A stretch of DNA of 64,000 bases from Octopus vulgaris (taxonomy: Eukaryota): positions 99,820,001 to 99,884,000 of the forward strand of contig OX597814.1 in NCBI GenBank assembly GCA_951406725.2. The letters are read 5' to 3'. This document shows, one piece after another, positions 39,732-54,489 of this stretch (positions are counted from its first letter, which is position 1; each line of letters begins with the position of its first letter). A model generated the notes under the pieces. It was given only the letters and a program-made list of their open reading frames with translations. It made no database searches and was not told the DNA's origin. A program made the position numbers and the translations under genes.

Positions 39732-40992
39732 ACAGCAGCAACATTAGCAGAAATAACAAGAAAAATAATTGCAACAACAATAACAACAGTTTCTATTTCT
39801 TGACGATTTGGTTGGTGTTCTTGCTCGCTTGTTGTTTTTTTTTTATGTGGTGATTATCATGGGTAGTGGTGAGGATTATCAGTATTGTTGTTGCTGTTGT
39901 TGTTGTTGTGATTTATCATCGTGGTAGTTGTTTTGATGTTAGTTTCTAGGTGTTTATTTGTTGTTGCTATAAATGTTAAGAGAAATCATAAAATATGTAT
40001 CAAAAGATCAAGTTGATTTCTTCAACGGCATCTTAATCAGAATATTTGAGCAAACATTTTGTCAAAATTTCTCGTCAAGTGTCAAACTTGAAAAATAATA
40101 CGATAAAGAAAGAGAAGAAAAAGGAAAGAAAGAATGAATGAATGAATGAAAAAAAGGAAATTGACTAACATTTAGTGACAGAATGAAACCTAAACAAATA
40201 TCAATAGATAGACAGATAGATAACGAAAGAGAAGGAAATAGGGAAGGAACTAAGAGAAAGATGAAAAAGAACTGTGATAAATGCGAGTGGAAATAATGAA
40301 AGTAGAGTGTGTGATATTGTAAGAGCAAAGAGAGGGAAAGAGAGAGAGAGAGGAGAGTAAGTAGGAGATGGTGAGTAGAGAGTTAGGGTTTACGGGAGTG
40401 GGAAAGAGCTTGAGTTAAACAGAATGTTAAGGTGCTGGTGTAGAGGAGCATAGATAGAAAGGATGAGAGACGTGTAGAAGTGGTACTTCTCAATGAGAAT
40501 TGTGAAAATAGAAATAATTATAAGAGATTAAGAGGAAGAGAGAGGAAGAGAGAGGGAGAGAGAAAGTGAGAAAATAAGAGAGGTAGAGAAAGATAGAGAC
40601 AGAAAGAGAGGAAGAAAGAGACAAGGAGCGTTGTAAGACACCTATGCACAAGAAGCGGGATGTTGTGAGAAATATTTTTGATGAAATGAGGAGGGAGAGA
40701 GGGAGGAATGAGAGAGAGAGAAGGAGAGAGGGAGACAGACAGAAAGACAGAGAAACAGACAGAGATAAAAAGAGAGAAAGAGAGAGAGAGCTATGACCGT
40801 AGAAAAAATATTAACAACAAACTAATGGGAAAGCAAAATTAAGTTAAAAGAGATTGTGAATACGTGAAAGAGAGAAACGTGAAGGTGAGAAATAGAGGGA
40901 AGGAGAGACAATCGAGGGACAGAGAGAGATTCAGGTGCAGTGCGTAGAAAATGCTAATGCAACAAAGGAAAATGAGCTTGTTGTACAAACGC

Positions 40993-41043
<51 letters not shown>

Positions 41044-41679
41044 GAGTGGGAGGAGAGAGGTAGAAGGAATATTAGGAAAAGCGTTCTGGGAAAATGAAAG
41101 ATTGAAGGTAAGCAATGAAAGGGATCGCGAACGACAGAGAGACAAATAGAAGGGGATAGGGAGAAAGGAAGAGTGCAGGAATAGGTATAAAGAGATAAAG
41201 CGATAGATAGAAGAGAGGGCGAGTGAGAGAGAGATTGAGAAATAGAAAAAGCGAGAATAATATGAATATTAAATCAACAACGATTTCAAGTGACTGACGT
41301 TTAAGGCTAAAAAAGAAATGGCGAAATAGAGATAGATTTCGTTCGTCGGTGGTGACAAAGATAAATGATTGAATAAATAGAAAACCAATAGTAGTGGCGA
41401 TAACAAAACCTAGGAAAAAAACCCCCCAACATTCAAAACATCAGTAATAATAACATTGGTAACAAAAATAAACAAATAAATATGAGATTTGCAACCACAA
41501 CAACAGAAACAATGTCAAAAAAGACACATTACCTTCATTCAAATGACTGTAATAGTTATATCTTAAGAGCAAGCGTAACATGCAAAGCACAAAAATATTA
41601 GAGTGAATTTTTTTGTTTCCAGTGCAGCTTCCATAGAATTAAATATACTGGAAATTTGCTTGTTCCTACGTAACTCCTA

Positions 41680-42250
41680 TGTGGTCCCTCTCATACTGGA
41701 AAACTTTAGCCGTGAAAGCAATTTCAGACACTTCATATCAGCAAGGCCTTTGACATTAGAACTTCCTATATAAGCTACCCGCATGTATGCTTTGTCTTAG
41801 ATTTGAAGTTTCCTTTCAGAACACATCACAGCAGCATGCACCGTTTTGTTCCAATGTTAGATAACATCTACCATATTTTTTTCTATTCTTTAACGATTCA
41901 CTTGCTGTCACTTCGAACAAAACACATTCCTCTATGCATATGATTTTCTCCTTTCACTATTGCTTAACCTTTTTTCATGGGGGCCATTCAAATGCAATCA
42001 GAATACCCTGCGTGACCTAAACTGATTTTATTTACACTAAGACACTGCACATTATTCAGGGAAGGTGGAGACCTAGTCATTTCCAACTGAACAAAAGTAA
42101 GTTCTGAAGGGCCAATTTCGGTCAGAGCAGATAATTTTTTTTTACCTCTGCAGAGTTCTTCTGTAAGGTATAGCGCTTTCGTGAAAAACGTGCAATTGCT
42201 AATGGATGCGTTTCTCCCCATTTCCACGCCACCGATGTTTTCCATGGTCA
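41680..42250 (+). mobile_element. Highly decayed CR1/L2-group LINE RT fragment
   Basis: ISKAFD, LYKLPA, SFLSE, NDSLAVTSNKTHS..YAYD-like motifs across frames. Confidence 0.55.
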
Positions 42251-43448
42251 GATTGGTTTCAGTGTCTTCGCAGATGTTGTTGCTATCAGAGCGCAAAGAA
42301 ATCTATAACAAATAGAAGGCTTCCCGTTAGCGCCGCCAGCCCGCTACCAGGGATGTTTTTTATCAAGTCTGAAGGACGAGTTAACTTTGGTGGAGTTAGA
42401 ATCCAGACAGTAAACAACCTGGACAAATACCACGAGGAATTCGATCCGAGACGCGATACAAAGAAGTATTAGCAGAGTCGTGGTGCTATTAGAGATCATG
42501 CGGCTATAAAAAGGCATGGTTCAGTGTGGAGGCAACTGACCTGTCGGTCATAAAGTTTTGGAAAGTGCACTGTCCTTTCACATTACTCCAATTCACTCGA
42601 CTGAGCATTAAATCTAAAGAAGGAACTGATCAGCGTCAGTATAGCGAGGTAATATTAACGAGTCGGGCGTTCATACCTTAAGGTATGAAGAAGGATGTGT
42701 CCTGCAGTGGACTATTGTATCCTATCTTTACAAACAGACAATCACAACACATATTAAAACAACAGCCCCCTGTATCAACCTGTATAGACATGAGCAACAG
42801 ACAACTACAATAGTCAATGTCTTCAGAGATGTTTTCCCCTTATTTGTAACGATTTCTGATGGTGACCAAGCACATTCAAAATTGAGAAAACTGTATTGGG
42901 GAGACGAGGTTTCCACATAGGGACCAGAAAATACACGAACTGAGATTAGTTGCCGATTTTCTATAAAACACAAGCATAATCTACATTGAAGTACTGTGCA
43001 TATTTCTGTAATGGCTGTGCTGTTAAAGAGATACAAAAATCCTAAACTTCCACGATTAGGCAACAATCTGAATGATTGGCAATACTTCCCTCAGAAACGC
43101 ACTGCATGAACTAAAATGCAGATACGCTGTATCCTCTCTTTGTTTCTTTTACCGCTACTACCACTATATTTTTCCTCAGCATTATTTTGATGCATGTCAA
43201 CCCCATCAAAACCCATTCATTATATTCGTCTCCTTTCTTTTCTAATCTTAACTGTGTCTTATCTCCAATATCCTGAGCAAAATATTTAGCCTAGTCCTTT
43301 CTTTCCAAATCTGGAACTGTCTTACATCCATCACTACGCGTTTCTTCTGTTTTTTCATTCATTTCCTATAGCTATTCAAACTATACCAATCTCATTAGTT
43401 TAGTTTGGTTTGCAAGATTATAGGCTCAAACTGTTTCTTTTTTATTAA

Positions 43449-43826
43449 CGCAGGAGTGACTGTGTGGTAAGTAACTTGCTTACCAGCCACATGGTTCCGG
43501 GTTCAGTCCCACTGCGTGACGCCTCGGGCAAGTGTCTTCTACTGTAGCCTCGGGCCGACCAAAGCCTTGTGAAAGAAGCCCGTCATATATATATATATAT
43601 GTGTGTGTGTATATGTTTGTATGTCTGTGTTTGTCCCCACAACATCGCTTGACAACCGATGCTAGTGTGTTTACGTCCCCGTAACTTAGCGGTTCGGCAA
43701 AAGAGCCGATAGAATAAGTACTAAGCTTACAAAGAACAAGTCCTGGGGTCGATTTGCTCAACTAAAAGCGGTGCTCCAGCATGGCCGCAGTCAAATGTCT
43801 GATATAAGTAAAATAGTAAAAAAGAA
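43449..43826 (+). mobile_element. Near full-length GCAGGAGTGGCTGTGTGG-family SINE
   Basis: tRNA-like head (GGTTCAGTCCC B-box), CORE-like GGGCAAGTGTCTTCTAC, internal (TA/TG)n, A-rich end; several paralogs in the window. Confidence 0.92.
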
Positions 43827-43854
43827 TACAAAAAATGAATGAATGCATCTTTGG

Positions 43855-44037
43855 CCAGACATAGGTATTAAGTCGATTACATCGACCCCAGTGCGTAACT
43901 GGTACTTAATTTATCGACCCCGAAAGGATGAAAGGCAAAGTCGACCTCGGCGGAATTTGAACTCACAACGTAACGGCAGACGAAATACCGCTAAGCATTT
44001 CGCTCGGCGTGCTAACGTTTCTGCCAGCTCGCCGCCC
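43855..44037 (-). mobile_element. GGCGGCGAGCTGG-family SINE (3'-truncated monomer)
   Basis: Near identical to the heads at 3142 and 14398. Confidence 0.9.
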
Positions 44038-44471
44038 TAATATGGCGCAATACCGCAGCCTAAAAGCGTTTAACAACACATATTAAGCATGTGATTTTAA
44101 TAACGCTTACAATATAGGTGGGCTTCTGACATATAATTTAAATTTTGTATTATAGAAGTAATTCTCATTTGTATAAGTCGATCTATGTGCGTTTCTGTTT
44201 GGTAAGCGTAAAAATGTGTATCACTATATGAGTTGTGTGTCTGTTTGTAGCAGTATAACTCTCTGTGTGTTAGAAATGATTCATTGATTGATTGAGGGAG
44301 TGAGTGAATGAGTGTATATGACACAATTTATGAATTTATTGAATGTTAATTACAGGAAATGTAGTATACTGAAATCCCATCTGTCTACGTCTATGAAGAC
44401 GCATCCTTTCTTTTGTGCATGCATATTGTATGTATGAACATAATTATGGTTTAGTGTATGTAGTCCTTCAC

Positions 44472-44512
<41 letters not shown>

Positions 44513-44622
44513 TAATATATGTGTGTAAGTATTTGTATATGCATATACATGCACGCATAGGTTTATGTGCGTAGAAATATATTCTCGTATAAGTCTGTGT
44601 ATGCACTTGTGTGTGTGTGTGC

Positions 44623-44679
<57 letters not shown>

Positions 44680-44762
44680 TAATATGTGTGTGTGTGATAT
44701 ATAAATATATACTCACGCCCTCTCATACACAGAAAAGACAGGAGAGAAAAGAGTGGGCTCAA

Positions 44763-44816
<54 letters not shown>

Positions 44817-45065
44817 GTGAGTAAAGTAAACAAGATATTAAAATGAATGATTATTTGAGCTTGAGTAATGCGCAATTCAAGATTCAGGAGGAAGTCACTG
44901 AATTAAAGTCCTCAATGGCCGATCAACATTAAAGAAAGAAAAAAAAAACATCCGTTAAACCAGGTGTTAAATATATGTAAGACATTGAAGCGATTATCTA
45001 TAGAGAACAAAGTGTTGCCTTGTTCCTCCTTGCAGCATAATAATACTTTTTTTTAACTACTACTC

Positions 45066-45132
<67 letters not shown>

Positions 45133-45137
45133 CATCA

Positions 45138-45222
<85 letters not shown>

Positions 45223-45250
45223 CATTATTATTATTATCAATATTATTATT
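45066..45250. repeat. (ATT)n microsatellite
   Basis: Direct inspection. Confidence 0.95.
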
Positions 45251-45871
45251 ATCGTTGTTGTCGTTATTGGTTTGGTAGTGTTATCATTACTTAAGAAGCG
45301 GTGGACCATGTCTCACTTCAATAGTACAATGCATCCCTTCTTTAATTTTTTTTTTTCAGCATTTCTTTTGCGTTTGTGCTGTAGTTGTTATGTATATTAT
45401 GCACTGAATAATGAATTCAAAAGTGAAGTTACAGTTACCAACAGTTAATGAAATGAATATCTAAATATCCAACTATTATGCGTGCATAAATAGTGTCATA
45501 TTATTTTATTCACAAGTTATTATTAGAGATTATAATATATACGGAAAGCTATACAAGCAATAACTCTTTGTCCTTACATCAATTGTAGGCTGAACAAATT
45601 AGCTATTCGTATTTGTTAAAAAGGTTAACTTGAGTATAAGTTCGCAGACAGGTTCGGCTACATAATGGACAACGAGTTAAATGTCTGATCATTGATTAAT
45701 GCTTAAACACCTTCACGATACCATACGGTCTTTTGATATCATTCTTCACTCATACATATGCATATATAAAGGCGCAAGGTAGCGTGAGCGTACACATACA
45801 CAAACTGATGCCCACACATACACGTATGCACACATTATGTACATATATGCAGACATAATACCCGAGAATAT

Positions 45872-45932
<61 letters not shown>

Positions 45933-45938
45933 AGAGAT

Positions 45939-45973
<35 letters not shown>

Positions 45974-46004
45974 CAGAGACAGATGAACAAACAGACAGAC
46001 ATAG

Positions 46005-46168
46005 ATGGCGTGGTTTTGTGGTAAAAAAGATTACTTCCCAACTACACGAGTCGGGGATCAATTACACTGCGTGGCACATTGGACGACTGTCTTCTAATAT
46101 AGCTTCAGGCCGACCAAAGCCTTGTGAGTGGTTTTGGTAAACGGAAAGTGAAAGAAGCTTGTCGTGTG
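46005..46168 (+). mobile_element. 5' half of a GCAGGAGTGGCTGTGTGG-family SINE
   Basis: GGCCGACCAAAGCCTTGTGAGTGG...GAAAGAAGC. Confidence 0.72.
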
Positions 46169-46172
46169 TATA

Positions 46173-46276
<104 letters not shown>

Positions 46277-46473
46277 CCGATGGTGACCAATCATGTGGGT
46301 GAGGGGGCGTAGATGTTCTTTGTGACCGAGAATAAAGTTCTGACTATTTAAGGAATATTGGATGTTTTATAAGGGGCGAGAAAAAATCTACTTAGAGACG
46401 ATCAAACGCACACACGTACACAAAAAATGTTTTCTACCCCTACGCCAACACACACGTATATAGAACAGTATAC

Positions 46474-46516
<43 letters not shown>

Positions 46517-46816
46517 TGTATGTATGGATCACCATATCTACCGCCTCTTCCTACTTGCCCCCAACTACACGACCGATATCTTGTCCAACAAACAGTCGAT
46601 TTCCTGTTCAAAATGTGATATTTTTCATCTAACTTCTGACGCTGAATTACCGACATCAATACTGTGTGACGTTTCTCGACCAGTCGCAGGCTAACGCCCA
46701 GTAATAAACATTGAAACTCTTCAATCGAACACTCATTCAGTTTCCAATGTCAGAGGACTAGCCACTTGCTTGAAACTCAGAGTACCAAGGATTCTGAATC
46801 AAACTGTTTTCATATA

Positions 46817-48067
46817 CAGGGTGTCTAAAGCATTTGAAGACATACATTTCCTGGGTCATTGCTGCATTTTTTGCTAACATTGTATAATCGTTGATCCAGA
46901 AAATAATAATGGCTGACCCTCAGCTTACTCAAGAAATGAAGAAGCATGCTGTTATTGTGATTATAAAGGCCAAAACAGGAATTTAGAAATATCTCGAATT
47001 TTAAATGTTGCCAGATCTTTCGTCTACAATGTTTGTAAGGAGCTAGAAAATGAAGATAGAAACCTATAACCAGTATTAAAGCTTAAAAATCATTCTAAAC
47101 GCTCTGAAACCATCAGAACACCTGAAGTTATCCAGAAAGTTCAACAAACGATTGATTACAATCCCAGAAAGTCCATGAGGTCAATTGCAAAATATCTGTA
47201 TGTTTCAGAAGGAAAAGTCAGAAATGTGGTCCACGAAGACATCAGATATAAATCTCATATGATGAGGAAAGATCAATTCAGTTTGTCAGAAAACGCGAAA
47301 GAAAATCACTACACCAGATATAAAAGATTCTTAAACAAACTGAAAAATGTAGCAGAAAAAGATTTGATTCGGTAATTCTCAAACGAGAAAAAAGATCAAA
47401 AGATCAAAAAGTTAACAAGAAATGACAAATAGTTATGTGCAGACCCTTTTGAAGTTCCAAGTGTTATACATACAAAATTTCCTGCAACTGTCATGGTTTT
47501 AGAGGTTGTCGGCAATAAAGGACATGTGATGCCTCCTTACTGCATTCCACAAGGCCTTAGCGTTAACTCTGCAGCCTACATTGAGATCGTGGAAATAATT
47601 GTTAAGCCCTGGATAGACAGTGTATGCAATGGAAGGCCATATGTATTTTAGTAAGACTATGCACTATAACATATGGCTCTAGTGACATAGTACTGGATAA
47701 CTTAAAATTTTTTTACATAACCCCTAACATTTTGCGTCCTAATTCCCCGGATCTCGATCCATTGGACTATTACATGTGGAGCGTTGTTGAGAGAGAAGTC
47801 AAAGAACACAACCATAACACCAAAAATTCTATGAAAGCTGCCAGAGTTAGAGTAATGTCGAAGATGAAACAGGACCACTTGCTTCGAGCATGTAGATGAT
47901 TTAGATCTCATATAGAAGCAGCTGTTGAAGGTGGCTTTAATGAATTATATTATAAAATATAAAGTTTCTTTTTATCCTCATAGCATTTTTGATGAAGTTA
48001 TTATCTATTAACATATATCTGTCTTTTTATAAACATAGATCTGTCCTCAAATATCTTATACACCCTG
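46817..48067 (+). mobile_element. Full-length decayed maT/DD37D-like DNA transposon
   Basis: TA-CAGGGTGT..ATTTGA.GACA / TGTCCTCAAAT..ACACCCTG-TA TIRs; transposase remnants MRSIAK..VVHEDIRYKS, TKFPATVMV, PNSPDLDPLDYYMWSVVE. Confidence 0.9.
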
Positions 48068-48125
48068 TATACATAAGAATATATGTACATATATATATAT
48101 ACATTATATAGATACATACACACAC

Positions 48126-48163
<38 letters not shown>

Positions 48164-48175
48164 GCATATATACAT

Positions 48176-48480
48176 ATGGGTGGATAGCTTAGTCGTTACT
48201 GTGTAAGACTCACGATCGCGAGTACCTGGTTTCAACTCCTGGAATGGGTAGTGCGTTGTGTTCTTCAGCAAAACATATAATCTCACATTGCTCTTAATTC
48301 ACTTCGACCCCTGATGATGTGTGGTACACCATGCACCTGTTCCGACAACATCGAATTGTTGAAAGGTAAGAGTGAGCTTATATACAGTACAAATATTCGA
48401 TCACTATAAACGAATAAATTTTGCAGATTGTTTAGCTAGAAATTGCAGAACCGTCTTTCTCGAACTATGGGTGACTGCAC
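48176..48480 (+). mobile_element. Decayed tRNA-derived SINE (head A, tail W)
   Basis: TAGCTTAGT.GTTA, GTTTCAACTCC, GTGTTCTTCAGCAAAAC, tail W. Confidence 0.68.
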
Positions 48481-48840
48481 GACATGCATTCAAGGAAACA
48501 TATATTGGTTTCAGGTAAGTGTGAAACTTTAAATATTGAAGTAGCAAATGATTGTTTACGAAAGCGAGAATAGCCACACATACCATCATATACATAGATA
48601 TTTATATGTCTTTATAAATGTGTGTGTGTGTGGTGTGTGAGCATGTGTGTGTGTGCGTGTGTACCCCTGTGTGTGTGTGTGTGTGCCTAAGTGTGTGTAT
48701 GTGCGTACAAAGACGAAGAAACATGTACAAACTCCACACACACAAATACACCGCTGGTTGTATTTGCTGGTAAGCACAGATGTTGCCACTGTCAATGAAA
48801 AATTACTCAATAGAAAACGATAGTAGAGTGTATATATTTT

Positions 48841-48950
48841 TATTAATCTGATAAAATTTGACATTTACAAGATTGCCATCTCGTTTCGCCGACGAGCCGT
48901 AGGCAAAACCAGATGACTATCTTGTAAGTGACAAATTTATCAGATTAATA
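48841..48950. repeat. Imperfect palindrome of about 110 bp
   Basis: Arms TATTAATCTGATAAA...GTTTCGCC / GGCAAAAC...TTTATCAGATTAATA around GACGAGCCGTA. Confidence 0.85.
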
Positions 48951-49134
48951 TAGAGGTATATATACATGAAGAGGGAGAGAGAGAAACAGACAGACAGAGA
49001 TACACATGCATACACACACACGTGTATATATATATGCATTCCAGTACATAGTTATAAAATATATGGACCATACATAAATATGACAGATATAATATATATA
49101 TACATATATAATTGTAAGTATCTATGAAAGTATG

Positions 49135-49667
49135 GCTCTCTAACTAGAAAGGGTATGGCCTGGTCAGCCTGTAATGACATGCATAAGATCTGGTCATCAA
49201 ATCTAAGTAGAGACTTCAAACTTGAAATATTCAAAGCCACAGTCGAACCAATCCTACTATATGGCTCAGAAACCTGGACGTTATCAAAGAAGCTTGAGAG
49301 GCGGTTGGATGGAACCTACACTCGCCTCCTTATGAGAGCTCAAAATCTCTCGTGGAGGCGCCATCCAACTAAAATGCAAATATATGGGAAATTACCACCT
49401 GTGTCATCTCTTGTGAAGGGTAGGAGAGTCCAGTTTGCTGGACATTGTTGTAGAGCTGAAAAAGAAGTAATTTCTACTCTTCTCCTCTGGAAGCCATCTA
49501 CTCGCAACACCAGAGGGCGCACACTCTCCTACCCTGATGTAATCTCCAGGGATACAGGCATCCAGCAACAGGACCTCCGTAATGCTATAATGGACCGTGA
49601 AGTCTGGCGCAACATGGTAAATTCCATTGTCTCGACCACGGTCGAACAATGATGATGATGATGATGC
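49135..49667 (+). mobile_element. 5'-truncated RTE-group LINE (ORF C-terminus, (TGA)n tail)
   Basis: FKATVEPILLYGSETWTL, RRVQFAGHC, AIMDREVWR; stop followed by TGATGATGATGA. Confidence 0.92.
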
Positions 49668-49807
49668 ATAGTTATATTAAATATACAGGTAGGTATAAAT
49701 GAATCGTATATAATATAAGGTTATTTGTATTTACATAGAAATATGTTATATATAGTATAAAATATATATATATATATATATATATATGATTACATATATG
49801 TAGTATT

Positions 49808-49845
<38 letters not shown>

Positions 49846-49850
49846 GTGTG

Positions 49851-49909
<59 letters not shown>

Positions 49910-50131
49910 GGGAAACAAAGACAGACTGAAAGACAGACAGAGAGACGGACTGAAGAAGCGACAAAGAAGTTATATTAAGCAATTCTATTTTGACACTTTG
50001 ACAATTGAAGTTAAGATTACAAAATCATACGTTTACATTTACACACATGACTGCACACAAACACTCAGGCACAGAGACACAGGTACAGACACACGTACAC
50101 ATACACCCACAAACACACATACGCACACACA

Positions 50132-50190
<59 letters not shown>

Positions 50191-50342
50191 GTACATATAC
50201 ATATATAATATAATATAAAAGTAGCACGAAACCTTGATGATGCAGTGAGCATCGACCTGTTTAGGAATGAGAGGTAAGGTCTCAATTCAAATGCCATAAG
50301 GCACCAAAATCAAAGAAAATTACGGTATGCAATCTATCTATG

Positions 50343-50429
<87 letters not shown>

Positions 50430-50444
50430 ATATATATATATATC

Positions 50445-50480
<36 letters not shown>

Positions 50481-51056
50481 CAGATAGACAGAGAGACAGA
50501 GAGAGAGAGACAGAGAGAGAGAGGTACATGCATGTATATATATACACATGTATATATGTCTATATACATGTGTACATCCATATGTATGTATATATGTAAG
50601 TAGATATATTGGTACATATATGTATGCATTTATATGAATATATATATCAGTGTATATGTGTAATATATATTTACAAAGTGAGATAGGGGTTGTGAGTGTA
50701 ACCCTCTATGTGATAACATATATCCAATATACTGCCAGTAAAGCACCCAGTAAAGTTAATACATAAATGCTAAGAATTGCAATGCAATTAATTCATTTAT
50801 TGTATTATATGGGCGAAGGTAAAATGTTTTACCTCAAATTCATAATACAAAATAAGAAAATGAAGGATTACACTTTAATCAATCATCAACTACCAGATAA
50901 TACCCATTCACATAATTTATTAACCAACTACATAGGAACATCAAGATCAAACACAATAATACAGAACAAAACAGTACGCATCAATGAGTAATATGATACC
51001 ATAAGTACAATACGTATAAATAAATATAAATAAATATAAATATAAATATAAACTAG

Positions 51057-51183
51057 ATCTTACAACTGTTTCAGCCATGTAGATAGGAGTATCTCATTAT
51101 GCTCATATTAGCCAGGTGTGCTAAGGTAATATGTGGTTATAAATGAGATACTTACATATATATCCCAAGACCTCTTCAGAGAT
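51057..51183 (-). ncRNA. Type I hammerhead ribozyme with about 100-nt extended stem II
   Basis: Minus strand ATCT-CTGAAGA-GGTC...GGCT-GAAA-CAGTTG-T-A-AGAT; insert folds via AGTATCTCATT/AATGAGATACT (11 bp) and CATATTA/TAATATG. Confidence 0.75.
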
Positions 51184-51372
51184 TATAAAGTACAATTCAA
51201 ATATGAATGTAAGAGAAGGTACATATATACTATAATAAGTATATATACATAATATACACATACATATAAGTGTATATACACATACACCTACATATATATA
51301 AGTATATACATAATAATATGATACAATACAATACAATACATTATATTTTATATATGTGTATATATATATGTA

Positions 51373-51419
<47 letters not shown>

Positions 51420-51505
51420 GCATAAGATATATGTATGTGTATATATATATATACGTACATAATATATATATAGATACAGATATATATTTATACATATATA
51501 TATGC

Positions 51506-51596
<91 letters not shown>

Positions 51597-51915
51597 GTGA
51601 GATAATAGTTTCACCTTTAATAGTTTCACTGTGTATATATCATATGCATAATGAAATTTTCAATAGTAAGTCGTTTAAAATTGCTACTATTATCTCACAT
51701 TACAATAGAGATGTTATTGCTTTCCTTTTGGCATGTTATAACGAAACAGCCTCAGAGATTGCAAGAAGCTGAAAGTTTTTCTGGCTCATGACATTTCATG
51801 GGCCCTAAGTAGTGTATGTGTAAAATTTGAATATAATCGATTGCGCAGTTCTCGAGTTCTAGTGATGCACAGATATAAACGCTCAGACATACAGTCAGAT
51901 TGGCACTCATTCTCA

Positions 51916-51952
<37 letters not shown>

Positions 51953-52339
51953 CTATGGGCTCCGTGTGAGCAGTCATCTAAAAAAATTTGTGCATCTTGA
52001 TGCTGACATAAGTTCCTTACTTTTCTTGATGAGAAGGCGGCATAATGCACCCCTTATTCCTTCGAAATTAGGAATATGCAGCCTTCGAAACATATGTCGA
52101 AAATAAAATAAAGGAACTTTGTTAATTCGTCGTTCAACTCCATTCTTTCATTTAATTGTATTTAAATAAACGCACAAATTTCCACACGATAGCACGTGAT
52201 CTCAGCCCTAGGCATGTAGCTTCAACCGTGTTTTTCTGACGTGAATTTGCTACCCAGGTATCGGTTAACCGAATTATCCATAATAAGATAATTCATTTAA
52301 CTACTCAATTATATATATATATATATATATGTATATATA

Positions 52340-52656
52340 AAGACTCCGCCGGTTACGACGACGAGGGTCCCAGCTGATACGATCAACGGAACAGCTTGCT
52401 CGTGAAATTAACGTGCAAATGGCTGAGCATTCCACAGACACGTGTACCCTTAACGTAGTTCTCGGGGATAATCAGCGTGACACAGAGAGTGACAAGGCTG
52501 ACCCTTTGAAATACAAGTACAACTCATTTTTGCCAGCTGAGTGGACTGGAGCAACGTAAAATAAAGTGTCTTGCTCAAGGATACAACGCGTCGCCGGGAA
52601 TCGAACTCACAACCTTACGATCATGAGTCGAATGCCCTAACCACTAAGCCACGCGC

Positions 52657-52660
<4 letters not shown>
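52340..52660 (-). mobile_element. tRNA-derived SINE (head A, tail X)
   Basis: Tail as in 1697-1880, head as in 10694-10840. Confidence 0.92.
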
Positions 52661-52739
<79 letters not shown>

Positions 52740-53259
52740 CATATATATATATAGTTATATAAATATGTATATAGGCATACATACGTATATATATATATAT
52801 ATATATACATACATACGTAAATATATTTACATACATATATATGTGATTGTATGTGTCTGTGACAGTCATTGGCAGACACACAATCACACACATACTCATT
52901 AGTACTCCTCTGTATGTATTTTTATGCAAATAAAATCAGTCGGACATTTACCGGAGGATTATTCAATACATTCAAATAAAATATCGATTAGTTTTGAGAA
53001 CAAATATTCTTATATTGACTTTCAGTTTCATCGTTTACTATCTTCGTCAGGCTTTGTTATTTCATTTCCATTTCAGTCTGAGCTACATGGACAGTGCAGT
53101 GTGTTTTGTATAGTTGGGGTTTTTAATGGATCTTGTTGAAATACAAGTAATCATGTTAAATTACGACCTTTACCAGTTCTTGCAATAGCAGCATCAGTCT
53201 TCTGTCTTCCATCCGTCTTGAATACGGCTACTTGTTTCAGAGATGTTCCGCTATCATGC

Positions 53260-53715
53260 AGAGTGCACTGTGAAGACTTTGTTGAGAGGACCAATGTCTC
53301 AGAATGCGATCCTCAGAGGAGAAGCGGTTGATAGAAATATACCAAATTCGCTCTCTTCAATTCATAAATTCATTCAAGAATGTTGGGTAATGCTGAAATA
53401 GGATTCTGGGGAAATAGGATTCTTTAGAACGGTCTCTGGAGTAACCTTACTCGACAGGTGCGCCCCTCAGCGATCAGGGGCTCTGTCCATATCGAGCTGA
53501 TTCTTCTCTGCATTATTTTAAAGCTGACCCGGTCGACAGGAGACCTAGTGGTAGAGCAAGAATGAGATGTTTGCATAATATGCATAGCCTCGTTTGATCA
53601 TAATTGGGAATCAAGTCATAAAGTCTAATGACTTTTGCTCCTGATAGGTAACTTTTGAGAAAATGCCTGAGAACTTTGCCCCAACGACGGTGATACGGAG
53701 ACAATGGATTAAGTA
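53260..53715 (+). mobile_element. Decayed RTE LINE 3' fragment
   Basis: ECWVM..EIGFFRTVSGVTLLDR..RRPSGRARMR..LGI..APDR. Confidence 0.72.
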
Positions 53716-54364
53716 ACAGGAGGACTACCTGTTGTTTGTGTTCCATTAGCGGTGGTATGCTGCAGTATTTAAGTCAGGCAAGCAGTTTGAGGGACATCTG
53801 TTGAATTGAATGCATTCGTTATTGGATGCTAGATTCATTCTGTTGCTTCACACCTAGGCGCGTTTTGTGGAACTCAATGTATTGCGGGTATGCAAACTAG
53901 GTCTCTAGTTGGAGTAATGTATCAAAGTCGTATATTAGCTGCCGTACAATGCATCTTGGTTATACTATAATAAATCATGTGCACTGCTACTGTCGTCTGA
54001 GTGACCCGTAAAGTTATTTCCCTATAGCGGAAGCTTGTTTTGTGATAGTCCCATAATAGTCCCATGACACATAACTGTCAAATAAAGCAATGGCATTACA
54101 AAATCTTCCCTTTTACGATATAATTTCATATTAACTATTTGATAAACAATCTCACTAAGGTACTTATTGTTTAATATTCGCAAGAAATGCATTATTCACT
54201 GATTGTTTGGTTTGTTAATCTTGGAAAGATTATTTACGCTATTAGATTCTAAAGCAGTGTGAAACGAAATTTAACGATGTTATTAACATTTTTCTTTTTT
54301 ATCGTACAGTTAACTGCAGTTAAGTAACAAAAGAAGCAGCAGCATCAGCATCAGCATCAGCAGC

Positions 54365-54402
<38 letters not shown>

Positions 54403-54412
54403 CAGCAGCAGC

Positions 54413-54489
<77 letters not shown>

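Noticed and set aside
53016-53052. Minus-strand CTGACGA...GAAA-CTGAAAG-TC
   Set aside because: Stems I and II do not pair
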